The notes beneath the pieces were generated by a model. That model did no database searches and had not been told where the DNA came from. It was given only the letters and a program-made list of their open reading frames with translations. This document shows positions 12,083 through 23,300 of a DNA stretch of 64,000 nucleotides, piece after piece. The stretch is taken from contig CM052818.1 in assembly GCA_028534125.1 (NCBI GenBank), forward strand, positions 27,282,001-27,346,000, given 5' to 3'. How positions within the stretch are numbered: the stretch's first letter is position 1; every line of letters begins with the position of its first letter. The translations under genes were made by a program, and so were the position numbers. This stretch comes from Lama glama (lineage: Eukaryota).

Positions 12083-14019
12083 AGAAACATTTTATTTATA
12101 GATGGGTGGGGGTTTGTAAGTTTGCTTGAAAAGCTTTAGGACATCACTTGAGACAACCACAGAAAGAAGAGTAGCTTTATGCTCATAATTTTTCAACATT
12201 ATGACTTTGTTGTGATCTAAAAAATGCTTTCTAATCTAGAGGGGAAAATTACCACTGAAGAGACAGTGATAAATAATGGCAAAGTACAGAGCCTGTGTAT
12301 TATGGCTGGTTGATAGCAACTATGTAGTAAACTCTATTTACCCAAGAGAAAAAAAAGATGTAGCATTGCTCCCAGGGCCAAAATGTGGCACAATTTAGGG
12401 AGCATCATTCGTACTCTGTTGTAAGTGAGCACCACGGAACGTGCCTACAGAACCCAGAGTGGCAGTGCCCCTAGACTTGTGCTGCTCTGCTGCAGCGTTT
12501 CACACGCCTGGGTTCTGGCAATTCCCACCAACCTGCAATCAGTTAACGACACCATGAATAAAGTTCTTGAGACTATTAAATAAAGAAGAGCAACACTGCA
12601 AATGGCGGTCCCAAACTTGCCCTGGGTAAGTGTTCAGAGTAACAAAGAAATGAAAAGAGGAGCCTGTCTCCCTGGATTCGATGCTGCCACCTTCTTTAGA
12701 TGCTTGATTCAGATACATATTTCTTGAAAATTATGAAAGCCTTTTTTCCCCATGTCTGCATCACTTTCTAGATAAAAGCATTAGTATATTCCTAGAATTA
12801 CAGAATGTTGAAACTAGACGAGAAGTTACAAATAATCTGATCAAATCCACCTGATTTAAAGATGTGTAAGACAGGATGCCAGAAGGCAGATGTCATTTAA
12901 CTCATATAAATGTCACTTACTACATATAGTTCCCACAGTAAGCTGAAGTGTATTATGTATGTTTAATAGCAACAAACATTTTTGGTTAAAAAGCAATGCT
13001 ACTAATAGCTTATACCAATAAAGTGTTAGATTGTTAGTGGCTTATCTAAATGATTTCAGTTTTAACTTTTGTTGCTATCATATGTACTTAAACACTTCCC
13101 ACCATGTTTCTTTTCTTTATTCTAAATATGTCTTTGGAAAAATGAGTCAGGGACAATTTAAATTCTTTGTATGCCCTTGATGCATTAGTTTGCTTAGTAG
13201 TGTTGTAAGTGTTATTTGTTACAGGTTAAAACAGCAAAGCTATAGTATGTTCAAATAAAGGAATCCTTTGTCACACACCCTCCAGGTACTTTTGAAGGAC
13301 GTGTTTCTACTAGGTTTTGAGTTCAATTTTCAAGTGACTGTCTGTAATATGCTCGACTATATTGCAATAGCATTACAACAGATTAGCATAATACCACTAT
13401 TATCAACACATTGCCAGTATTAGTCAGGGATAAGGTCCATTTTTATCATTTTTGTGCCCATAGGGCTTGGCATATGGGGAGGGGGGAGGCAGCCAATAAA
13501 TGCTAGAAGAACGAAAGAGAGAGTAAATGCGGAAACAACAAACTAGTAACAGGGGAGAAATATTTATTTGGTGCTGGTCTTATTTTAAGGAAGAAATCTT
13601 GCTGCCAGTGGTCTGTATAGACAAAGTCTAACCCCTAATGGAAAACTTGGGCATAAATGGTTAGGACTATTTTATGTGCAGTGGGCTTTGGCGGGATACT
13701 GAAAAGAGCTGTAAAGGAGAGATGTAGACAGAATCAATACTTATCATGTAGCTGCAATGGGAGAAAGAACATACTCACACCATCTTTCACTACAAGGGAC
13801 TTTCTTTTTTCTAAAACCAGGTGGAAGAAAATGAGAATATTTGAGGGTTAAAATTAAAAGGTAAAAGGGAAGTTGTTTGTGTGCGTGTCCTCAGAGGGTC
13901 AGAGGAACGGGAGGCAGGCTGGTGTCAGAACAAAGGAGGGGAAGCTGGGGGCTTTCCATGTCAGCTGGCGCGGGCTGACTCAGAAACGCACATTATAAAA
14001 CAGCTATCTTGTAAACAAC

Positions 14020-14195
14020 TAGCACATGTCAGGTAGTAAAGCTAGCTTGGCATTCACTCATTTAGTTAGTCCTCAAAATAACCCATCAGTTTGGTATCAT
14101 TATCTGCCCATTACAGATAAGGACACAGAGGCCCTGAGAAATAAAGCAACTTGCCCTGATCACCCAGATGCAAGCCAGTCTGACGCCAGAGCCTG
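14020..14195 (-). mobile_element. MIR SINE fragment
   Basis: 'cattatctgcccattacagataaggacacagaggccctgagaaataaagcaacttgccc' is the reverse MIR core. Confidence 0.75.
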
Positions 14196-15849
14196 GAAGG
14201 AGAGCTCGGTAGCTGCAATCACAAGACTCTGACAACTGAGGACCTGGTGGTTTGGCTTACTTCGACTCACCACCCGAAGGTGTCCAATAATCCCTGCTAA
14301 TGGGAGGGGTGAGAGCAGAAAGCTCTACTGTTTTGTCACATACCTTCCGTGTACTTCTGTCTGTATGGTACAGAGAAAATGACAAATTCCATTTGGTATT
14401 TAATTATGTTTTTAGGTACGTGGTGGCAGCGAGCAAGATGGTAAAAAAACTAACCTAGGTCAAGAATCTCAGTGTGATGAAATGGATGCATGGACAGAAT
14501 GGCCAGACCTCAGAAGGGGATCTCCGACAAGAGTGATGTCCAAGGGCACCCTGATTCTGCTGGTTCCCAGTTCACCCACTCAACCCACATCTGCAGAGCG
14601 TGGCCCTGGGGGACGGGTCAGTTACTTCCGAACGCCAGCACGACACATGCCTGGCTTCTCCTACACAACCAAAGCTCCCTCTTAATAGGATTTACTTGTC
14701 CAACTTTCTAAGTTTGGCTCGAAATGATGATGCTTCCCCAGAGTGCTGGCTACAGAAGGTTTTCTTCTTAGGGCAGGTCTTGCATTTTACCCATCTCTGT
14801 GGCATGAACACCCAGTACAAGTACCCAGAACTCCGCTAGCAGGTAGGCAGAAGAAGAAAGGTGGGAGGAAGGGGGGAAGAAAAATTAGATATCCCTACAA
14901 ATAAGTAAAATTTTCAAATTATGAATGGCTAATATTTATACGTAAAAACCAAAGAATCACTGGCACCAAATGCAGTGGCCTCCTGTACATATCTCTTCCT
15001 GGCGTTACTGAATTGGAGGCACAAAGCAGGTAGGTAGGATGCATGAATGCTCCCTTCACAAAGCCAGAAAACAACACTAACAGACACACAGGCAGAGCAG
15101 AATCCTCCTGATAGTCTCAATTTGCAAAAGGCCAGTCATACGTTTTTGACTTGCTTCAGTAACAATGGAGGGAAATCACTTCTTTGGACCTAACTACAAA
15201 GGGCTCACTGTGAATCAGTCTGATATAAGTGTGCTCATGGGGCCAAAAGGTTCAGAACAGCCAAGCCCAGGAGAAGACGGTAGGCAGGGTGATTAGGCAC
15301 AATGAAATCCATATTTTTAGACTTCAAAAAGTTCAGGGAAAAAAATAATTAGGTATGCTCCCACGACAAGCAAGGATGCGCAGCTCAAGAGGTATGAGAA
15401 GGATTCAAGTATAAACTCTTCGTGATGCAATCACCAGTTATCTTGGTGTTAAAAGAAACAAAGTTGGACATTGACGCCAACAAATACGGCTGCCAAGGCG
15501 GCTCCCTGTCATTAGTTATCACTAGTGCATGCTTGGCTTTGCAAAGGGAAGTATAAAAGGTAGACAGGTGCATGATGGGACCCGCCCTCCGCTCAAGAGA
15601 AACAAGCACAGGAAGGCAGGAAGTACCCGATGGGTGCAGGTCTTCGGGAAATTTGAAAGTGAGGACGACCATTGTCACAACAAATTTGACAAACTCTGTT
15701 AAGCACCAACTCCATCAGGCAGTGGAGAGTAACATGTAGCTGAGAAAATCAAATTACTCAACTCGTACACAGTATCCGTCTTCATCAAAAAATATTCTTA
15801 CATTAGAAAGTGTTGAACAATCCAGGTGAAGGGGAGTAGAGAACCCAAG

Positions 15850-16990
15850 AAAACTGATGAATCAGAAGCGGCATCTGTCTCTGTTAAGCAACCCCGACGC
15901 TCTGAGCCCGGGACAATGATACCCAGAGGCCCACAGACAGCCTGCTAATTAGAGAAGCCTTGGCCATGTTTGGGAGACATCAGAGAGAACGGAAAGAGAT
16001 TTCAGAAAACTAAAGGAGGCCAAATGTCAATTTCAAAGGGACAAAGGATACTGAAACTACAGGACCTAAGCTCGATGTTCACAACTGAAAATTCTGCAGA
16101 AAGAACTGTTACATAGGGGATTTGGGACATTCAGGAAATGTCCCAATGACTACCGGGAGCCAGTACCGGTGCATGCAAAACAACCCATGCCCTATTAACT
16201 TCATTTTATGTTTAAAACAGGTTTTCCAGGCAAAGGATTGCTGCAAATGGAATTGAATGTATTCTGATTTCAGATAAGATACAGGCCAAGGGTTTCAAGA
16301 CCTCCTCGTGGAGATGGAGCTTGTATGTCGTTCGCTGAGTAACTCCAGAGTGAGAATTAGGGTTCAAAGTCATTTTGCAGAAGGGTCTTGGGGCTATAAG
16401 GCTCTGTCCTTGGTTCTGTACAATTTAGTTTATTTGAGTGCAATGATTTAGAGGAGGACCTGTAAGTTACACTTATTTAATATAAGCTGGGAGGCCTAGA
16501 TAAAGTAAGAGAGAGCAACACTGAGATGCAAAAATCTCTCAATTAGTTGGTAAATGGTTGAAAATTCTCGGGATAATTTCTTGTTAAATTTGGCCCTGCA
16601 TTTGTGTCATTAAAGAAAATTCAAATGTTCAAATACAGAACAGATGAGAACCACCTAAAAGCAGCTGATGTAAGAAGCACCAGTGTTTCTACCTGCCTAT
16701 AAATGCAGTTTAACCCACAGTGTATAATTCAAACAGCGAATGCACACTTAGGCCACACAGCTGACCAAATTCTGGAGTATTCTGTTTGTTTCTGGGCCAC
16801 ACATTTACATGAGGACCACGACATGTTGCAAGTGTGTCAAAAGATAGAAAGGACAAAGAAAATTCTAGAAACTATGTCACCTGGGGAATGGCTGAGGGGA
16901 CCAAAAATGTTTATTCTGGCAGAAGATTTAAAGAAATTCAAAATCATTTTAAATATACAAGACAATTTTTTTTCCCCAGGAAGAAATGCA
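15850..16990 (+). mobile_element. ancient L3/CR1 LINE ORF2 (reverse transcriptase) relic
   Basis: Degenerate CR1 motifs in the expected order: RANV-like (ggaggccaaatgtc ~16016), NYR (aactacagg ~16055), and LEYSVCFWATHLHEDHDMLQVCQK...LETMSPGEWLR in ORF 16703-17032. The last resembles the recalled CR1 consensus LEYCVQFWAPHFKKDIDLLERVQR...LEHLSYEERLR. Confidence 0.75.
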
Positions 16991-17465
16991 ATATACTCTA
17001 TCAAGTTTCAGAGACATGGCCTGGAGACATGATTGCAATCTACGTGGAGGAGAGCTGGGGTCAACAAAGTGGAGCACGCTCTCCAGATTACAGCTGCCAT
17101 ACACAGAATGTGACACCTCCGTGTCAGTGACCGCCTTGTCACTGGGTGACCCCAGCAAGGGTGGGACTGAGATTGCCCCCTGGGTGTTTGGAAACATGTA
17201 CTCCAGAGCTCCCAGGGCTGCACCCATGATGCAGCTGGACATCCGGGAGGGTCTGAACACAGTGAAATGAAGGTGAAAACCAGAATGAAGGAGCAGCTCT
17301 TTTTCTCCAAATGACTGTGTGTTCATGTTAAATACACATTTTCTTTTCTTCCTTCAGGTTGCTAAGGCAATGTCATGAACAGGAATGAAAAAGATATTCA
17401 ATCACAAAAATATGCTTTGACAGTATCACATTAGGCTCAGGAAAAACAGTCTTTCGTGTACTCAC

Positions 17466-17594
17466 GGCTTTTGCACTGACAAGTTCGACAACCAGTGTGA
17501 TCGAGTTTGAAACCATAAACGCAGTCCTTGTCCGTCAGGCTGCAGTTTGATAACTCCCCACAGGCAGGTGGATCAATTGTGATGTAGGTTGGTT
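17466..17594 (-). CDS. CRIM1: CRIM1 coding exon (probably exon 8), 129 nt; antistasin-like repeat 1 (absent from ORF track)
   Basis: Hand translation: (E)PTYITIDPPACGELSNCSLTDKDCVYGFKLDHTGCRTCQCKS(R). Acceptor tattag| after a T-rich tract; donor C|gtgagt. Phase 1-1 fits both neighbours. Confidence 0.96.
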
Positions 17595-18354
17595 CTAATA
17601 ATAAAGATAGAAAAAAAAATCAATGAAACATATGATTACCTCTTAGATGCTATTCAGCTTTTGAAATCCCACACTATGGCAAGTTACCAAAAAAAAAAAA
17701 AAACCCACCAAAACTATTAGATAATTTTCATCAATCCTAAACTTTCATATTTTCATACTGCCTTTAATCCCTGAAAAAGAAATGTTATTTAGATTTTTGA
17801 AAATTTGGACGTTCTATTTCTTCACGTTTGAGCAATTTCTGCATTTTTGGGAACCCTCACACGACACTTTTCTGTTGGTCATCACTACAGAAAGCAGACA
17901 AGAGACGTTAAAAAGAACGCCATTTAAATTGTGAACTGTTCTCTTTCTTCCTGTTTTCTGAGTTTATTTTTTACAATAACCAGGACAGAGCTTCCAATTG
18001 TCAATGATCTTGCTCTCCATTTTGCAATGCTTCTGAAATCTGTTAGCCTTTTTTTCAAGTTAATGAATTGGAGATGTTTCTGAGGCTAGTTTAAAACATC
18101 TGGATTTCTTTGATCTTTCATGTGACATCCTTCCAGTGACTGCAGAAGACATGGCAGAGCGCATCGTCTGTAGGATTTTACACTCACAGCCCAGGGCCTA
18201 TGGGAGGGGGAGATTGAGACACAAGCGTTCGAGGGGAACAGAGAGCAGTCACCCTGGGATGAGATGCAGAGTAAAGAAACTAAGGCCAGAGGTGAGCCTG
18301 ACCTCCCCTGCCACGTTAATAATGAGGAATTGTTCCGGGTAATAACAGTAATTA

Positions 18355-18570
18355 CACACCTACGTGAAGTGTGTCATATGGCTGTATAATGTCTGAAGTG
18401 CTCTTCATAAAGGCCTTCAAGTTTTATCACGGTCCAGTGATGTGGATGCCATCATTATCCCTATTTTACAGATGATGCAATCTAGGGTCCTGACTGGCCC
18501 AAGGTCACAGAGTTAGTGAGAGGTGGACGTCAGATTCAAACTCAAGCCTTCTGGCTCCAGGGTCACACCC
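18355..18570 (-). mobile_element. MIR SINE
   Basis: 'cattatccctattttacagatgatgcaa...tgactggcccaaggtcacagagttagtgag...gattcaaactcaagccttctggctccag'. Confidence 0.8.
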
Positions 18571-18754
18571 CGCTTTTGTGCGATACAAAGCCCACTGTTA
18601 ACAGGAACTGCTCTGCAGCGACTGACCAGGGACGGTTCACATAATGTCAAACTGGGAGAAGAGCGTTGCCAAAGGCAACAGGGATACCGACACCTTCAAG
18701 TAGCCTCTTTTCCACCAAAGGACACTATGAACTTCTTCCGGGTGTGCTGGCTCT

Positions 18755-18945
18755 CACAGTATTTTAGTGAGGCACTCGGTACAGAATGTTTCTACCTATG
18801 TTTTCACAAATGGAAAATATGAGGTGCAGAGAGGGTAAGTGGCTTATCTAAGTTTATACAGCAACCCAGTAGCAGGCTGGGAATAGAACAGAACAGAGGT
18901 TCCTGACCTCCTGTCCAACACTCTATCCATTAGTCCACACTGTCT
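18755..18945 (-). mobile_element. MIR SINE
   Basis: 'ttttcacaaatggaaaatatgaggtgcagagagggtaagtggcttatctaagtttatacagc...ggttcctgacctcctgtcc'. Confidence 0.7.
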
Positions 18946-19500
18946 TCTCAAGTTTCATCTCCTGTTACCATGGAAGAGACACCAAAAATAAGTGTTTTAG
19001 CTGCCACTGCTAAGACCAAGAGTTCTACGTTTTTATCCATCTGCTAAAAGAGGCCAGTGGTTCAACTCTTCACAGGTAGTGAGTAACTCTGACTTATTAA
19101 GGAGATGCTTTGATCTGCATTCTCCCAGTAAAAATACGTGTGAAGGGGGGTAGCACACTCCCTGTTTTTATTACAGCAACACTGAAAGAACATCTCCCTG
19201 AAACTTTTACATAAAATTCCCACTGCTGTAAAATTTCTAATTTCCTTCGATGACTGAAGCATCCTTTCTGAGCGATAACTGTAAACATCAAAAAGTAGTT
19301 TAATTTTAGGCAAGTTTTAAGACACAGTGAATGAAACACAGTAGTGCTACCTTCCTACCTCCTCTAAACATCTTCGATTTTCAAACCTATGGTCTTTCCT
19401 TTATCACTGCTCTTACTACCCACCCAAGACAATAATTCTATTTCAGCCTTCAGCCACAGGACTGCTAAGGTTTTAGCAAATTTATTCTAACCACGAATAT

Positions 19501-19516
19501 GAGAGAGAGAGAGAGA
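19501..19516. repeat. (GA)8 microsatellite
   Basis: Read directly from the sequence. Confidence 0.85.
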
Positions 19517-20242
19517 GCAGAGGACCAGCACTGTGTGTAACCACACCACAGATTATCCCATCGAAGGACTTAGGTCTCTGTTCTAGAGAGTTATTAGAGG
19601 AAGGATCAGGGTTGGAGTCTAAACTCTATGTCCAGTGCTTTAGTTAGTGGCTTATGGATAAAGAAATGTCTTGGACGCATCTACACAAATCAAAACCTTG
19701 TATTCCTTATTGACACCTAAGTTTATGAGGAACTTTTGCCTTCAGAAAGTATATGATGGAAAAAATACATATCTGGGCAGATTACACTGACACTGAAATT
19801 GCATAATAATCAGAGGGCAGCGTGGGATTTCACTTGCAGTGAATTTTAGGGATTTGTTAAGAGAATCAGTAGTGATGTACATGCTATTTTTGGTACTTAT
19901 GATGATTAATGGGTGGGATTAAGATTGTGATCTGAGGCTACAAAGTGAAAGAAAAAATAATAATTGGTTGTTTGAGAATCAGAACCATGACACTGACTTG
20001 GACAGCCCCACACTTTAGCCAAATGGCTTCGTCAGCTGGGTGTGCAGTCCCAGACGTGAATCAAACACACATTTCTCCAACAGAGGAAATACGTTCAGTA
20101 TGTTTTCCTGTAACATTCAGGATAACAGCTTTAGCTCAGTTTAACAAATGAAAGAAAAAAAAAAAGCATAGGAAGGCTGTTTAAGAAGGTGCTGGTTCCA
20201 CGATGCTACATTGTAAATATTTTAGGTAAAACAAGTCCTACT

Positions 20243-20318
20243 TATGCATGACTGGGACATTGTGCTGTACATCAGAAATTGGCACATGGTAACTGACTAT
20301 ACTTCAATTAAACAAAAA
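20243..20318 (+). mobile_element. 76-bp L1 3'-terminal fragment with TSD
   Basis: tatgcatgactgggacattgtgctgtacatcagaaattggcaca...cttcaattaaac matches the L1 end at ~29608-29680. TSD aagtcctact at 20233-20242 and 20319-20328. Confidence 0.88.
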
Positions 20319-23300
20319 AAGTCCTACTGGATGTCTTCCAGGCCTCAGATGATGGGGGTAATGCAAGAAGCAAAACATTACTTTGTGCCTTTGAAATGAA
20401 TATTTCCCTATTCAGCGATGATGTACATTAGATGGAAGAAATTGGGACGTATATACCTTTCAAATTCTGCCTCCCTCAATATTTAATATTAAGACACAGA
20501 AAAACTCAAAAAGACCATTTATTTAATGAAACCAACTTACTCGAAAACTATTCAACTGCCCCTCAATAGATTAGGCTGAACGTCACACTCACTGTGATAT
20601 ATTAAGTATAGACAAAAGTCTAAATTTTTTTTTAAAAAAGCATTTTAACACTAGTCCTCTTATTTCATTATGCTAAGCAAGTAGGTACTATTTTCCTTTT
20701 CAAATACAAACTGGAACACATTTTTACAGCCTTCTGAGGATGGTGGCACCTGTTCTGGGGTGCTTACTGCTGTTGTCCTATGTCACTGGAGTAATAGCCG
20801 ATTTGTAAAGACATATATGCAGGCAACTAGCTGCCTCCTAACATTTCACCTAAAGTCATTCATCATGTTCTATTTCCTTTCATCATTCTCTCAACATTTT
20901 AGTGTTTGGTTTCCTACCACGTGAGGCCAACTCTATTTTAGAATTCTGTAAGAACAATATTACAACAGAAATATGCAACTATAAATCGTCTAGCAAAAAC
21001 CCTGACACTATCATAAACGGATCTGGGCGTCTGCTTTCAGTCCAGTATATTAATATGTAATCTCAGCACTGGTCCTATTACTACCATCAGGGCAGTATTT
21101 TGCGAATGGAGTGCTGTGAGAGTACTGAAATTCAATTTCTTATTCCAAATAATTCCAAAGTGAGACCACACTTGATACCATCTTGAGTTAGAGCATTTCG
21201 AATCAAAATTACATTTACAGTCCTTAAGGAGTAACTAAGAGCTGGTTAGACTTTTTTGCATGGTTTCTATCTAAGGAAGTTCTTAGTGGGGAAAGAGGTA
21301 AGTTTAAAGAGTCTAGAACCATGGTATCACAGTATGATTGTTTCTAATCCAAATAAAGGAGTTTGAAGAAGTGTCAGTGAAATACGTGAAACGTGCATTT
21401 TGCTTGTTAGAGCATCCTGAAGTTTGTGTATTGGGAACTGTTTTTATCCCATGCTTTCTCTATGCAACAGTGCTCTGACTACGGAAAATATCCTGATGGG
21501 GCTTGGCCCAAAGACCAGATGACTCCCATTTAAATCCTACCTTTCTGTGCTCATAGATTACCTGGGGTACAATACTGACATGGTATCCCAGAGAGTACAT
21601 GCTTTTCTAGAAGGATGATGGTGGTGCCATGTCCTTGGAGAATTTGGCTAACATCAGTTGAACAGACAATGGAGACACTGATACATCTGCCTGTTACCTG
21701 AAGCAAAGAAAACTGTCTCCCTTTAAACTGGTTGGGCAGAGATGTGTTAGGGGTCCACTTTCAGAGGACAGAAAATGGTCTGGTCTTCGATCTCCTTATT
21801 TAGGATAATGAGAAAATGCTTGCACAAAGATGGATTTGGCAAGGGGAGACTCAAAGAAGTGCTGCTTACAGGATCACCCTGAAATTCCATCTCATCTCAT
21901 ATTGAATCAGCTGAGGAATTAAAGAAATACCTTAATGTCCTCCAAAGGAAGAAGGCTTGAAACAGCAGGAATTCATTGTCTTTGGCTACAACTATTTCTA
22001 AAGGGAACCCTGGAACCGCTTCTTTGTGGAGAAGAATTCTAGAAATATTTTCTGAGCCTAGAAGCAATAAAGAACAAAAATGGGTGTTTGTTATGTGTAG
22101 ATTCAGTTTGCTGATTCCTAGCCTGCATCTGAGTGGGAATCTCTCCTCTCCTCAACCTGTTCTTCCGAATGATTTTTAAAGACTTTCCAAGTACCTTGTA
22201 CTGTCCAGAAGAGTGATTTTTACAAGAACCCTTGGGACTGTGTCAGGAGTGCAGAAATACAGTCACCAATTCTTATTCCAAATCTCAGAGAACAAAATTC
22301 TGGAAGGAAACTATTATAACATGCAGTAACACAAACACTTATTGGTTCTTTATTTTACACTCATTTCAAATTAAGGGATGGCTATCTCTTTCATATCCTA
22401 GGAAGCCCAACAAATCCCTTAACAGTAAACATATTTCCAGGAAAACATTCATATTTTTTAAGATTTAAAGAGCCTCATATACTAAGCTTCTAAATCAGAA
22501 CATCATCAGTATTTCACACGGATGTTCAAGAACTTCTTAGGAGCAATTTTATCTCCTCAGTAGGGTATTACGGCACTGTGATCACAATTAATTTGGTCAA
22601 GAGTATAAAATTGAAATAAAAATCATTACTTTAACACCAAGGCCTCAGCACTAGACCGTAAAGTAACACCTTTCATTATTCAGGAGGTATAAATGTGTTA
22701 AGCAAATCTAAGCTCTCTACTTTCTTCCTTTTTATTTTATCTTATGGAGAATTTTCCAAAAAGAGGAAAGGGAAGTAAGAAGTTGAAACCCAAATCCAAC
22801 CTTTTAAGGTGTTGGTTTAAAGTTTTAATATTCTGTCATCACATTGGATAGTTTAACATGTTTGGGACAATAACAGAACAAAAAACGTATTCTAACTATC
22901 AGTTATTTAAAAATGTGTAATAATAATGTTAATTTGCTTCTGAAACAATGTCTATAATCACTGGTTTTTATATTTCAGATAGAAATAACTTACATGAAAA
23001 TGTTAATAAATGCTTTTAACTTGGTGTCTAAACTGTATTACTCCACTGAACTGGTTTTGAATTAATGCATACAAGGTTCTTCTCATTACCTTGATTACTA
23101 TGAGCTGTTTATCTTGCAAAGCATACTAATTATCTCCATTGAGAAATGTATGAAGCACTCTTTCTGATCAGCAACCCTGGGGAGGCTGACAGCCAATTAG
23201 TTGCTCTGGAGCATGGACGGGCGACTCTGGGAAAGCACACTTGTGGAAGGCACACCGAGCCACTGCTCTTAGGTCTGTCTGCAGCACTGACTCTGTCGGG

